DNA from: a virus
Reading direction: 5' to 3' (one strand)
Length of the DNA stretch: 64,000 nucleotides
IMG/VR virus record: IMGVR_UViG_3300050821_007139
Location: 27,469 to 91,468 of that record
This document shows, piece after piece, positions 9,940 to 20,074 of the stretch. A program made the translations under genes and the position numbers. Position 1 is the first letter of the stretch, and the number at the start of each line of letters is the position of its first letter. The notes under the pieces are model-generated. The model ran no database searches. It worked only from the letters and a program-made list of their open reading frames with translations, and had not been told where the DNA came from.

Positions 9940-11055
9940 ATGAGCATAATTACAACACAATCTATGCATTCTTATCTTAAATACCCAAGCGCCGACAATA
10001 TCTTAGTTGATATGCATGGGAATGATTTTCCTTGGCGAGTGCCCCAGCTTTGCGCTTCTTATAATTGGCCTACAAATGCGCCAGGTGGCGGAGTTATAGG
10101 TATAGTCGAATTAGGAGGCGCCTGGATTTGGAATGATATGGGGAAGTTCTTCACCGGCTTAAATCAGCCGGTTCCTAAAATTGGCGATTTCTCTGTTGAT
10201 GGAGCGATGAATAATGGAGATATCACAGACCCTGCTTCAGCAGAAGTAACGCTAGATATACAGATTGCTGGAGCATCTTATTTCGCAGCGACTGGAAAGC
10301 CAGCGATAATAAGGGTATATTGGGCCGGAAATACCGTCAATGCAATCTCGCAGTCTATCACGAGAGCAGCTGCTGACGGGTGTGATACGTGCTCGATATC
10401 TTGGGGCGCTGATGAGGCTAATTGGGGAAATGCTGCAGCAATGCAACTTGAAGCCGCTGCCGCTGCAGCAGTTGGAGCTGGGATGATAGTATTCGCCGCT
10501 GCCGGCGATAATGACTCTAGCGATGGCGGGCCGACTGCCGCTAATGTAGATCTTCCAGCATCGGCCCCACACGTTATTGGATGCGGAGGAACAACTAGAC
10601 CGCATAGCCCTAGTGCGGTTAAACCTGAAATAGTATGGAATCAATCGCCCGGTAACGCTAATGGCGAAGGTACGGGCGGCGGATTTTCTACTATCTTTCC
10701 TGTCTCACCTTGGATGGCAGGGGCGCCGTCTGGCCCAGGCAGGATGGTCCCTGATTTAGCCGCTAATGCAGATCCAAATACTGGCTATCATGTAACTCTT
10801 GGCGGCCGAGATGTTATTTTTGGCGGCACGTCGGCAGTAGCGCCTCTATATGCCGGATTATTCGCCTCGTTCGGCCTCAAGCTTGGATTTGTCGCACCCA
10901 AACTTTGGGCGAACCAGCTAGCGTTTAATGATATTACCAAGGGCGACAATGGCCAGTTTCGGGCGCTTGTGGGGCCAGACGCTGTGACTGGCTTGGGATC
11001 GCCTCGAGGAGCTCGCCTATCTGATCTATTCGCGCTCCGTCTATATATGAGGTAA
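9940..11055 (+). CDS. S53 (sedolisin/kumamolisin) peptidase, catalytic domain only
   Basis: EVTLD (Glu/Asp), SISWG, AAGDNDS (oxyanion Asp), GGTSAVAP (Ser) and NDITKGDN Ca-binding site. Confidence 0.92.
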   Translation: MSIITTQSMHSYLKYPSADNILVDMHGNDFPWRVPQLCASYNWPTNAPGGGVIGIVELGGAWIWNDMGKFFTGLNQPVPKIGDFSVDGAMNNGDITDPASAEVTLDIQIAGASYFAATGKPAIIRVYWAGNTVNAISQSITRAAADGCDTCSISWGADEANWGNAAAMQLEAAAAAAVGAGMIVFAAAGDNDSSDGGPTAANVDLPASAPHVIGCGGTTRPHSPSAVKPEIVWNQSPGNANGEGTGGGFSTIFPVSPWMAGAPSGPGRMVPDLAANADPNTGYHVTLGGRDVIFGGTSAVAPLYAGLFASFGLKLGFVAPKLWANQLAFNDITKGDNGQFRALVGPDAVTGLGSPRGARLSDLFALRLYMR

Positions 11056-11057
11056 AT

Positions 11058-11249
11058 ATGAATAAATGGGTTGATGTAGGGATTACAGCATTAACAGCAT
11101 TTATTATTACAGCTGGAGGAGCATATACGACTATTGTAACTGGAACAACTGCAAGTCCAGATACTGCTCAGATAGTGACGTGTATTGTTGCAGGAGTTAT
11201 GGCGGCCGCATTAGTCGTACAGAAACATTTAGCTCCGCCGCCGCAATAA
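11058..11249 (+). CDS. Small two-TM membrane protein (holin-like)
   Basis: 63 aa; two hydrophobic helices; GAGGT SD. Confidence 0.55.
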   Translation: MNKWVDVGITALTAFIITAGGAYTTIVTGTTASPDTAQIVTCIVAGVMAAALVVQKHLAPPPQ

Positions 11250-11254
11250 AGGAT

Positions 11255-11541
11255 ATCTTGTATTGGCGTTACACAGGGCGACGACCGTAAGGGAATATCT
11301 GCGTAGCGAGTTAAGTCTTGGCTTAGCTTCGCCCCTGGTATCCAAGTCCCTGCACTCTAAGCCCAAGGGACGGCGCACCGGCCTGGTCCTCCGGCAAGAT
11401 TATTCAATCTTGGGCATTTAATTGTATATTAACGTGCATTCTTGGTTAATATACTGGCGGCCGGAAAGAGCTGGGCAGCCATGTGTCAAATGCCAAACTT
11501 GATTGGAGCTACCTAGAGATGCACCTAGGTAGTAGCTCCAA
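11255..11541 (+). ncRNA. Putative structured ncRNA, copy A of 3
   Basis: Blocks TTGGCGT(11263), CGACCGTAAGG(11282), ACTCTAAGCC(11354), GGACGGC and CTGGTCC, plus a 3' bulged hairpin at 11503-11541; shared with 17956-18207(-) and 50855-51053(+). Confidence 0.7.
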
Positions 11542-11545
11542 GAGA

Positions 11546-11737
11546 TTAAATATTTGTCTCTTTAAGCTTAGCTTTGTAAGCTTGTTTTGCAGCTTCACGA
11601 GCTTTTGCTCTACGAAGAATTTGTTTGGCTCTTTCTACTACCATCCAATGGAGGTCACCCCAAATTGTGATTAATACTCCTATGAATACTCCTAGGCAAA
11701 AAATTCTAAAAGCCCAACTATTAAGTATGTCTGTCAT
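11546..11737 (-). CDS. Small single-TM protein with basic tail
   Basis: TM helix followed by a charged helix; GAGG/AAGG upstream; overlaps the start of the + strand lipoprotein. Confidence 0.5.
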   Translation of the reverse strand: MTDILNSWAFRIFCLGVFIGVLITIWGDLHWMVVERAKQILRRAKAREAAKQAYKAKLKETNI

Positions 11738-12563
11738 AGCCTTATTTCTTTCCTCTTGTTCTGGATCTTTAACTGCAACACCGCCAGCACAACCTACGCC
11801 AGAGGCTATTCAGGCTTTGAATATCAGACTATTAGCTATTTCTTCCGATCCAATAATGACTTGGCAAATAGGAAATTATTCTGTTCGGTCGGCTTGTCAT
11901 GCTTATCTTAATGCTATGGCGGCGCGAAGTGCCAATATTAATCTTGCATCTGGCTCCCTTGGTCTTGCTGGGCCGGCAGCTGCAGGGTTTTTAGTAGCCG
12001 GATCAAATCCTATGGGAGCGGCTGCTGCAGGAGCTATAGCGGCTCTTGGGCAAACATTCTTGAATCTATTTAATTCTAGCGGCTCAATTCCTTATACTGC
12101 TGAAACATCTGGCATCATCCAAGCCGCCCTTGATGCTTATGAGGGTGGAGTTAATCTTTCTCCACCCTCAAGTATTCCCCAAGCAATTTCTTATATTGAT
12201 GATCTCTGGTGGCAATGCTCAGCTGGTGGATATGCAATATTAGTTAGTAAGGCTATTAGTACGGCTAATATTGGCGTTCAGATGAATGGAATGTTTTCGT
12301 TCCGTTCACTTACACCGACAGGTCGGCCGGTGATTACTGTAAATCCACCGCCAACTACTACAAATTCAACATTCGAAGAAATGCCACTACCGCGACCCAG
12401 ATTGCACCGTAAAATAGCACCGCCACTAGCACGGCAACAAATAGCGTCACCAGAGGCGGCCAATTTACCTGCCAATTTACCTGACGATCTTGATAAGCTG
12501 GCTCGTCTGCGTTGGCTAAAGGCAACTTGGACTTGTGTTCGGATGTTAGATGGAACATGTTAG
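11683..12563 (+). CDS. Putative lipoprotein (start uncertain: 11625, 11683 or 11728)
   Basis: Lipobox-like LFLSSC after a hydrophobic stretch; Gly/Ala hydrophobic hairpin; paired Cys. Confidence 0.6.
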
Positions 12564-12590
12564 TACCATTTATTTCCTTTCCTATTGCAT

Positions 12591-12965
12591 TTATTCCCAG
12601 CTGACTTTACAAACTATCACTACGTTGTCTCCACAAATACCGGGAGTTACAGCTGCACATGGAGATATTTGAAATACGATCGGAGCTTGACTCAAGTCGC
12701 TTGCACTGATATTTCCCCAATTTGCTGCACCGCCAGCAGTCGTTAGATCGACGCCGTAAACAATTCCGTCATCTGAGCCGACTCCATATCTCCCGGTCGC
12801 AGGGGTACTCGCTGTTCCTGGCACCGCCGTATAAAACCAGCCGCAATCTGGATGATTTGGTCCATTTGCCGTTGATGAACCATGTAATACTGCATTACCC
12901 GATCCGGCATTAGCTACACTTGTGAGCAACAAAAATGCCGATGTAAACGCTAACAGCTTATTCAT
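12591..12965 (-). CDS. Small secreted Cys-containing protein
   Basis: MNKLLAFTSAFLLLTSVANA leader; AAGGAG SD. Confidence 0.7.
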   Translation of the reverse strand: MNKLLAFTSAFLLLTSVANAGSGNAVLHGSSTANGPNHPDCGWFYTAVPGTASTPATGRYGVGSDDGIVYGVDLTTAGGAANWGNISASDLSQAPIVFQISPCAAVTPGICGDNVVIVCKVSWE

Positions 12966-12980
12966 CTTACTTTCTCCTTT

Positions 12981-13604
12981 TTAAGGTCCTGGATAAAAGT
13001 GCAGTCCGCAACTACACTGACCCGTACACATATTTACTAGATATGCACATGCAGGGCCAGATAACCCACTTGGATTCCCTAGCAGAAATACTCCCTCTAA
13101 AGTTCCTACAAAACTATAATGCCCTCCTCCATCGCATATTCCTCCAGGTGATAGATTATTCAACTCTGCTCGTGGGCCGAATGATACTCCAGATACTCCT
13201 ATTGCTTGTACTAGTCTTACATGCGTTCCTAATATAGCTTGTGCTCCATTCATTGCCTTTAAATCGCAATCATTCGCGCTTAAACCCGTAAGCTTCTGCA
13301 ACCCTGCACCAAATGCAGGATTTCCTATATTTGGCACACAAGGAAATCCTCTTCCTCCTGGCACTTGACTACCCATTCTTGGGTTGCACGGACCTTGAGT
13401 CTGAAATCCAACCCAAACATTGTTATGTTCCGCTACATTGTCATTGCTAAAATTGTTTAGCAATCTTCCAATTATTAATTGCGCCGTGATATCTACCACC
13501 ACACCCGCAACAATATCGCTTATTGCTGGTTGCCCTGCTTTTGCTGGCCAACCATGAACCAATAACCATCCTAATATTAACGCTCCTATTCCTATTGATC
13601 TCAT
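12981..13604 (-). CDS. Secreted Cys/Gly-rich protein
   Basis: Signal peptide ending PAKA; 8 Cys; AAGG SD. Confidence 0.65.
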   Translation of the reverse strand: MRSIGIGALILGWLLVHGWPAKAGQPAISDIVAGVVVDITAQLIIGRLLNNFSNDNVAEHNNVWVGFQTQGPCNPRMGSQVPGGRGFPCVPNIGNPAFGAGLQKLTGLSANDCDLKAMNGAQAILGTHVRLVQAIGVSGVSFGPRAELNNLSPGGICDGGGHYSFVGTLEGVFLLGNPSGLSGPACAYLVNMCTGQCSCGLHFYPGP

Positions 13605-13621
13605 TCCTTTTTACTCCTTCT

Positions 13622-16570
13622 TTATCCACAGCCGGTGTTATTGCCACAGTTTGGGCATGTTAGACAAGTTCCAGTTTGGTTCATTTCAGAGCCGCATTCG
13701 GGACATAAAGTTCCTGAGCGATAAGAAATTAAATCTTCATGATTTTGATTTACATTTTCATTTTGATCTCCTATCAAATCTTTAGCAACTTGAACAAGAT
13801 TAGAATTACCCAGGTCGTTACGGGCTAAATATGTTATTCCAAGATCACGGAAGATTAGGTCCACAATGCTTGAACAAAGTTTAATCGTATCATGGCCTTG
13901 GACGATTCCGGAAGGCTCAAAGCGAGAATGTGTAAAGGCGTCTATATATTCCTCAAGTGGCACCCCGTATTGGATTCCAAGTGAAATTGCTTTTGAAAAA
14001 CATTCCATTAATGCTCGCGTGGTTGAACCTTCCTTAGATAGGTCTACAAAAATCTCACCTAGTGAACCATCAGAATAATTTCCGGTATGAAGGTACAATG
14101 TCTGACCGTTGATCTTATATTTATTTGTATATCCTCTGCGGCGTTCGGGTAAAGAAATTCTCTCGCCTCGGTAATGACCGTTAGGTTTAGTAGTAATATT
14201 CTGTAAATTTCCGTAATTCTCTTTATCTATTGATATAGATTCTTCTGTTAATGTCCATTTGTCTTGAGATTTAGTTTTACTATAAATAGAGCTGGTATAT
14301 AGTTCATTTGTTTCGCTTATGGCTTTATTAAGCAATTCTTCTTTAGCCCAAATCTCTTCTTTTGTATTTGAACTTAATGGCTGCGCTAACTTACATCCGT
14401 CTCGATAGATTGAGATTGATTTGAGGCCAAGTTTATGAGCCAATCTATAAATTTTATCTACATCTGCAACCGTAGCTTTATTTGGCATATTGACGGTTTT
14501 ACTGACTCCGCCGGATAAGAACGGCTGCACAGCCGCTACCATTTTAACATGGCCTTCAGGAGAAATACAATTTTCTCCGACCGCAGTTGCGAATACGGGC
14601 CAATGTTCTTCTTTTATCCATTTTCTAATATCAAATCCGGCTTCGACTTGTTTAACGATTTGGGTAGCTTTTGTAGAATCGTAGCCTAGTTCAAATAAAG
14701 CCCCGTATACGGATTGATTAATAAATTTCATGTTACCTCCCCCGGCTAGTTTCTTGGATTTAACTAGGGCAAAATCCGGCTCTATACCTGTAGTATCGCA
14801 ATCCATTAAGAGCGCTATTGTTCCAGTTGGCGCGATCAAAGTTACTTGAGCATTGCGAAAAATAATAGAATCACTTAAAAGAGTTTTCCAAACAAGATAT
14901 GCTTTACTGTCTATTACTGTCATTGGAGTAACTTGGGCTTTTCTGTAATGTTTATATATAATTTCGTGCATGAATTTACTATTTTCGCCGAATCTTAGAA
15001 ATGGACCTAGTTCGCCTGCTAGTTCAGCACTAGTTTTATAAGCAATGGCAGTCATTAGAGAAGTAATTGCGCCTGCTATACTTCTTCCTTCATCGCTATC
15101 ATAGGCTAAACCGTTGCGCATGATTAGTGCGCCAAGATTAGCATAACCGAGGCCCAAAGTACGGTAATTGTAACTTCCTAGAGCGATCTCCTTTGAGGGA
15201 AAACTAGCCATATAGACGCTGATTTCGAGTACTATGGTCCATAATCTTGTTGCGTGTTCAAAAGCTTCGATATCAAAATCTTTATTGGTTTTTAAAAATT
15301 TACATAAATTTAATGAAGCCAAATTACAAGCGGTATTATCTAAGTGGAGGTATTCCCCGCACGGGTTAGATGCATTGATATCACCATCAGCCTTGCAAGT
15401 GTGCCAGGATTGAATCGTATCATGAAATTGAACCCCTGGATCTCCGCACTCCCAAGCGGAGCTACAGATTTGATCCCATAATTCCTTTGCTTCAAGTACT
15501 TTAGTGACATGTCCTGTTGTACGTTCAGTCAGGAACCATGGTTTGTCTTCGCTAAGCGCATCGATAAAACTATCTGTAACTCGAACTGAGTTGTTAGAAT
15601 TTTGGCCTGATACTGTATCTAAAGCTTCATCGGGGCTCCAAGCTTCGGTAGCTGAAAGGACCTTTGCTTTCTCTTCTTCTTTAACTTTCCAATTTATAAA
15701 ATCTTCAATTTCAGGATGATCAAGATCACAAACTCTCATTAAGGCCGCACGGCGTGTTGTTCCGCCGGATTTAATGGCGCCAGCCGCCCGATCGCCGACA
15801 CGAAGGAAACTCATCATGCCGGAGCTAGTTCCGCCACCGGATAATAATTCTCCCTTGGCTCTCAACTTGCTTACATTTGTCCCTGAACCTGATCCGTATT
15901 TAAAGATCTTTGCTTCACGCAACCAAAGGTCCATAATTCCGCCGGGATTGACTAGATTATCATCTACTGGTTGAATAAAACAAGCGTGCGGAGTTGGATA
16001 TTCGTAAGAGTCCTTACATTCGACTTGATTTCCGTCCTCGTCGTTTCTCCATTGACCATTAACATTTCCGGTAATTCCATAGGCCCAATATAAGCCTGTG
16101 TTAAACCATTGTGGCGAATTGGGCGCTCCGATTTGCTTTGCGAGCATCAAGTAAAGCTCGTCATAGAATATTTGAGCATCATCGTGATTATCTAAGATTC
16201 CTTCGCGCCAGCCCCAATAAGTCCAACAACCTGCGAGCCGATGGAAGACTTGCTTGGCGGAGGTTTCGGAACCGAAAGTTAAGTTTATATCAGGTGCTGG
16301 AATGGATGGTAGGAGCCAAATTGGCATTTCGCCATGAAGTTCTTCGTCCCCTTTTAAATACCCTGTCTTATTTGGCATTCCGGCTTTACGAAAATATTTT
16401 TGCGCTAAGATATCTGTTGCAGTTTGACTCCAATGATCTGGGACTTCAATATCTTTCATCTCGAAGATTATATTTCCTTCGAGATCGGTTATTTGAGAGT
16501 CTACTCGTTTCCACGCGACTTGATCTTGAACTGGTGTATTGGGTAAAGAATAAAATCTCTCGAATTTCAT
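13622..16570 (-). CDS. nrdJ: Class II (adenosylcobalamin-dependent) ribonucleotide reductase
   Basis: NSPQWFN, HACFI, GGTTRRAA, NPCGE, ACNLAS, IAPTGT, GIEP and SKTVN motifs; C-terminal CxxC/CxxC/GCG. Confidence 0.96.
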   Translation of the reverse strand: MKFERFYSLPNTPVQDQVAWKRVDSQITDLEGNIIFEMKDIEVPDHWSQTATDILAQKYFRKAGMPNKTGYLKGDEELHGEMPIWLLPSIPAPDINLTFGSETSAKQVFHRLAGCWTYWGWREGILDNHDDAQIFYDELYLMLAKQIGAPNSPQWFNTGLYWAYGITGNVNGQWRNDEDGNQVECKDSYEYPTPHACFIQPVDDNLVNPGGIMDLWLREAKIFKYGSGSGTNVSKLRAKGELLSGGGTSSGMMSFLRVGDRAAGAIKSGGTTRRAALMRVCDLDHPEIEDFINWKVKEEEKAKVLSATEAWSPDEALDTVSGQNSNNSVRVTDSFIDALSEDKPWFLTERTTGHVTKVLEAKELWDQICSSAWECGDPGVQFHDTIQSWHTCKADGDINASNPCGEYLHLDNTACNLASLNLCKFLKTNKDFDIEAFEHATRLWTIVLEISVYMASFPSKEIALGSYNYRTLGLGYANLGALIMRNGLAYDSDEGRSIAGAITSLMTAIAYKTSAELAGELGPFLRFGENSKFMHEIIYKHYRKAQVTPMTVIDSKAYLVWKTLLSDSIIFRNAQVTLIAPTGTIALLMDCDTTGIEPDFALVKSKKLAGGGNMKFINQSVYGALFELGYDSTKATQIVKQVEAGFDIRKWIKEEHWPVFATAVGENCISPEGHVKMVAAVQPFLSGGVSKTVNMPNKATVADVDKIYRLAHKLGLKSISIYRDGCKLAQPLSSNTKEEIWAKEELLNKAISETNELYTSSIYSKTKSQDKWTLTEESISIDKENYGNLQNITTKPNGHYRGERISLPERRRGYTNKYKINGQTLYLHTGNYSDGSLGEIFVDLSKEGSTTRALMECFSKAISLGIQYGVPLEEYIDAFTHSRFEPSGIVQGHDTIKLCSSIVDLIFRDLGITYLARNDLGNSNLVQVAKDLIGDQNENVNQNHEDLISYRSGTLCPECGSEMNQTGTCLTCPNCGNNTGCG

Positions 16571-16845
16571 TAATTTAGCTCCTTTTCCCAGCTAAATGAA
16601 GGTATAATTCCACTCTCAGAGATAGCAAGTTCAGCATTTTCTGACAATAAGTGGGCAAGGGTATGCTTAGGCTTCCTTCCAGGGCGTTTGCAACGTGAGG
16701 AACCGAGTAAGATATTTAGGGCTTCTTTTTTATTCCTTCGCCACCTTTGTGTTCGCTCAATGTGCTTCTTTGGGTCTTCATTTATCTTTGCTACTAGCCA
16801 GGTCATAATGATATTACTTTCCGAATTGCAAATGGTGAATTGCAT
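16570..16845 (-). CDS. Hypothetical basic protein
   Basis: TAATG coupling to nrdJ; start uncertain. Confidence 0.45.
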   Translation of the reverse strand: MQFTICNSESNIIMTWLVAKINEDPKKHIERTQRWRRNKKEALNILLGSSRCKRPGRKPKHTLAHLLSENAELAISESGIIPSFSWEKELN

Positions 16846-17095
16846 CCGCTGCTTCTGATAATGCGTGTTTTGTTTCGATAGAATGAGGTAATATATCGCG
16901 AAGGCGGAGAACTATTAATTCTGCTTGATCCCTCATTTGTTCCACAGTTTTGGGCGGAGTAAAATGGGCCTTCCAAAGTGGATGGTTTGGATGCCATGCT
17001 AAACCACATACTTCTTGAGATAAGGGTTTTATAGATTTTGGCATATAGAAATTTTCTTTAGCTTTAATATGGTGATACATAAGTAGTATTGCCAT
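16814..17095 (-). CDS. Hypothetical protein
   Basis: ORF in operon; probable start at MPKS. Confidence 0.45.
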   Translation of the reverse strand: MAILLMYHHIKAKENFYMPKSIKPLSQEVCGLAWHPNHPLWKAHFTPPKTVEQMRDQAELIVLRLRDILPHSIETKHALSEAADAIHHLQFGK

Positions 17096-17306
17096 GTGGG
17101 TTTAATACTATATATCCACCATTATTATCGGGAAATGCGTAAGAAGTTCCTTTAGAATTTTGGATTATATAATTTGGTGGGTAAGCTGGAGCGATAGTTC
17201 TATTTGGCATTTGAAGTGGGTAGAACTGTAAAGGAGGAATTTGTGTATATTGCGCATGAGCAGAAAAAGAAATAAATACACAAGCTAAAATTATAATTGT
17301 TTTCAT
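17064..17306 (-). CDS. Small secreted protein
   Basis: MKTIIILACVFISFSAHAQ signal peptide; PPLQFYPL resembles QPLPFYPL in ORF 46878. Confidence 0.65.
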   Translation of the reverse strand: MKTIIILACVFISFSAHAQYTQIPPLQFYPLQMPNRTIAPAYPPNYIIQNSKGTSYAFPDNNGGYIVLNPHGNTTYVSPY

Positions 17307-17308
17307 AG

Positions 17309-17680
17309 TTAAAACTTCTTTCCATGTTCGGATTGTCTGTATTCTAAATCATGATCGATTCTGTCTTTATTGTATTTCATCTTAGCTTCAATTGCATGTT
17401 CAAGATCAATGTTTAATCGTCCTGCTAGATCGAAGATACGAATACATGCGTCTGCAAGTTCTACATTAATACCAGGTAGATATGGTATATGATCATCCAT
17501 TGTTCCTTTGCGAAAAGCTTCCATAGCTTCGCTAATCTCAGAATGGATTAGGGCGAATTTTGTTCCAATTATATACTTGCCGACATTCTCAGGTGTTAGA
17601 TTATCACTCCCAAAATCATTCCACCAGCCTCGATCATAACTTTCTTCAAAGCACTTCTCAACTAAATCATTTAAGTGCAT
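17309..17680 (-). CDS. MazG-like NTP pyrophosphohydrolase
   Basis: HSEISEAMEA.RK ... ELADACIRIFD ... KM.YN. Confidence 0.85.
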   Translation of the reverse strand: MHLNDLVEKCFEESYDRGWWNDFGSDNLTPENVGKYIIGTKFALIHSEISEAMEAFRKGTMDDHIPYLPGINVELADACIRIFDLAGRLNIDLEHAIEAKMKYNKDRIDHDLEYRQSEHGKKF

Positions 17681-17705
17681 TTTATAAATCTCCTATATAA
17701 ACTCT

Positions 17706-17930
17706 TTATTTATTTAAATGATTCGTCGCGCCTGAATCGGTGCTACACATTTCAGCTGCAGAACCAGTTAGAGAAAATTTCTCAGCATAAGGCCGAGCGA
17801 ATTTGACATATATTGGTTCTCGATTTGCTTCACTTAAATTATCTTCAAAGTGCATATCCCCTGGCCAGGGAATTAGTTCGTAGATTTTTTTATTATTATC
17901 AATTTCTCTATTATTAGCGGTAAGTGGCAT
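17706..17930 (-). CDS. Hypothetical protein
   Basis: AAAGGA SD; lies directly downstream of RNA copy B. Confidence 0.5.
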   Translation of the reverse strand: MPLTANNREIDNNKKIYELIPWPGDMHFEDNLSEANREPIYVKFARPYAEKFSLTGSAAEMCSTDSGATNHLNK

Positions 17931-17955
17931 AGGTTTAATCTTTCCTTTACTTTAG

Positions 17956-18207
17956 TTGGGTGTTGTCCTAAGATACACACGGTACTTTAGGACACCCAAA
18001 GGTTGTGGTGATTTACACTAGCGCGGGCCGAGAAATAATTAATCTTGAAAGGATAACTTTCTCTCGGCTTTGCTAAGGGGGACCAGACCTTCCTGCCGTC
18101 CTGAGGCTTAGAGTTAACCGGGCTTGAATGAGAGGATAAGAGAATTGATCCATCTTACGCGCACTCCTTTCCTTACGGTCGGGGGCCGGCAATCACGCCA
18201 ATGAGAG
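17956..18207 (-). ncRNA. Putative structured ncRNA, copy B of 3
   Basis: Reverse complement contains TTGGCGT, CGACCGTAAGG, GCGTA, ACTCTAAGCC, GGACGGC, CTGGTCC and a TTTGGGTG...CACCCAA bulged hairpin. Confidence 0.7.
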
Positions 18208-18588
18208 CTACGTTGTTTTTAGCCGTATGGCTTCAAGGATCGGTAAATTCGCTTCAGTTGGGACATAGATCGTCTCGCCTTTACGTTCTTCCATCATCTT
18301 AATCCATTGCCATCTCAGATAGAGATCGTGCTGTTTTAGGTTGTCACCAATTATCTCTATCTGCTTAGCAACTGCTTCTGCCTCAATGATAGCTGCGGCC
18401 TTATTCAAATCAGCAGCCTTTAGGCGCCCGTTGGCATGGGCGCCTTGAATCTGTTGCTCGTTCTGAGCCCGTGCAAGGTCCGCAAGTCCCTTCTGGTGGG
18501 CGAACCATACGCGATAGCGCGGAAATCCCCAAAGCCAGATAACTAAAATTGCCAAGATTATTATGGTGGGTAAAATTAAATTGTCCAT
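18208..18588 (-). CDS. Membrane-anchored protein, SPFH/band-7-like C-terminal coiled coil
   Basis: N-terminal TM; G.A.LA.A; YLRWQWI; IYVPTEANLPILEA. Confidence 0.65.
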   Translation of the reverse strand: MDNLILPTIIILAILVIWLWGFPRYRVWFAHQKGLADLARAQNEQQIQGAHANGRLKAADLNKAAAIIEAEAVAKQIEIIGDNLKQHDLYLRWQWIKMMEERKGETIYVPTEANLPILEAIRLKTT

Positions 18589-18602
18589 GTCAATAGAAGC
18601 TC

Positions 18603-18908
18603 TTATTTAGAGAAAATGTTGGGGTACACTTCGCGGACACCAGACAAAGCTGCATTCTGCTTAGCATAATCCGACATGGATATAGCACGAAGTTCATCGA
18701 ATGGCATAATAACCTTATTAAAAGATCCTTCTAACTCTAGTGTACTAGGTAAATCATTAGCCTTTTCATTCTTACGCCTGATTAGCTCGGCTATACGATT
18801 ATAGTTCGCTTGTGCTTGGTCAATATCCTCGAATCCAACATCGTGGAAAACGGGATTACCTATCATACCAAATGAAGCTTGAGTTAATCTTATTTCTGCC
18901 ACTAACAT
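18603..18908 (-). CDS. Hypothetical protein
   Basis: 101 aa ORF in operon. Confidence 0.55.
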   Translation of the reverse strand: MLVAEIRLTQASFGMIGNPVFHDVGFEDIDQAQANYNRIAELIRRKNEKANDLPSTLELEGSFNKVIMPFDELRAISMSDYAKQNAALSGVREVYPNIFSK

Positions 18909-18913
18909 ACCAT

Positions 18914-19120
18914 TTATTCCTTTAGTACTTGTAATCTATGTAAAGTTGTACTTGTTATGTCGCGGATTTTTATTAAGCTTGCGATCAGTTTATCTAAGTC
19001 GAAGTTAATTTTTTTAGTTCCTATATCAGATATGACCTGACAGGGATTTATTATCGGTTCGGCCCAAATTTTGGCCATTATATCTATTGTTTGTTTTTCG
19101 ATGGGATTTCTTTTAGACAT
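18914..19120 (-). CDS. Hypothetical protein
   Basis: 68 aa ORF overlapping the upstream gene stop. Confidence 0.5.
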   Translation of the reverse strand: MSKRNPIEKQTIDIMAKIWAEPIINPCQVISDIGTKKINFDLDKLIASLIKIRDITSTTLHRLQVLKE

Positions 19121-19511
19121 GCCATCTACTCACAAAACAGTGTAGTAATTCGTGTGCCCATGTTTCGTTGTTAGCCTCTTTTACCCATTTCGCCGACCAT
19201 TCATCTGTCGTTATCGCGTGTAATTTTTGTTTCGTTGGAAAGTGTATAGTACATGTGCCATCATTTCGTACTTGTGCATAAGCATATGCGCCAGGAACAC
19301 GTTTTGTTATGTCCTCTGCAGGATCAAAATAAATCGTGACTTTTCCAGGTAGTGTCTCTGCCGTTACAAATTGGTGGGCCTTTTCCTGTATAGTCAAATC
19401 TCTATTCCATCCAATATTACCTTTGTCGGTCCGAATAGTATTTGTAGTTATCAACCCGACTACTATGCCAACACATAAACCAAGAAGATAAACTATTATG
19501 TATTTCAGCAT
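19113..19511 (-). CDS. Membrane-anchored HExxH zincin-like protein
   Basis: N-terminal TM; HELLHC...WH. Confidence 0.6.
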   Translation of the reverse strand: MLKYIIVYLLGLCVGIVVGLITTNTIRTDKGNIGWNRDLTIQEKAHQFVTAETLPGKVTIYFDPAEDITKRVPGAYAYAQVRNDGTCTIHFPTKQKLHAITTDEWSAKWVKEANNETWAHELLHCFVSRWHV

Positions 19512-19860
19512 ATTGCTTATTTTTCAATTTTGGTTTTCATTTGAATCAACTTTTTCTTTAGGGAGACGATTCCATAACTCGTTCTCTATAGATTCTAATT
19601 TATCCCAGATAGAGTTTAATTTTTCACCAATTATCCATATACTACACCCTAATGCTAGCTGTATCAGGATAAAAAATATACCAATTCCAATTTCCATTTT
19701 ATAATTTGTCCATTCCTGAGCCTTTAATTTTACCACGATAATTATAAATTATATAGAATGGACCAAAATGTAAGCACCAAAAAGCTTTTTGCCTTTCTAA
19801 TAACCAGACCCAATTATGAGAATCATATCCGAATAGTAATGTTGATGGAAGCATTCTAAT

Positions 19861-20070
19861 TTACTCTATAGGAATTAATTTAAAGCCATATTTAGCAGCT
19901 TGTTTATATAAATCCTTTATTCGATCTTCACGCCATACTGCACAACATTCAGGGCAATCTTCTTTCCAGGTTTTTCCATGTCCGCACATTTTCAAATCAG
20001 CTGCTTCTTGTGCAATGCGTAATATGGCATGGTCTAGGTTACGTTTATGAACAGGAGTAGTAATTGACAT
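19861..20070 (-). CDS. Hypothetical protein with C-x-H...CxxC
   Basis: 69 aa ORF. Confidence 0.45.
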   Translation of the reverse strand: MSITTPVHKRNLDHAILRIAQEAADLKMCGHGKTWKEDCPECCAVWREDRIKDLYKQAAKYGFKLIPIE

Positions 20071-20074
20071 TGCT

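Noticed and set aside
11255-11541. Assigning the repeated RNA to twister, group I intron, tmRNA, cobalamin or c-di-GMP riboswitch families
   Set aside because: Only fragments resemble these (GCCGG..CAAGCCCGG in copy B, TAGTCC in copy C, AAGGGAA in copy A). The required cores are not present in all copies.
13622-16570. Intein or intron in nrdJ
   Set aside because: The ORF is continuous. The low-complexity stretch before the C-terminal domain lacks intein terminal motifs and looks like a linker.
18186-18201. TTGGCGT...TTGC as a sigma54 promoter
   Set aside because: GG-to-GC spacing is 7 nt rather than 10, and TTGC is absent from the other two copies.
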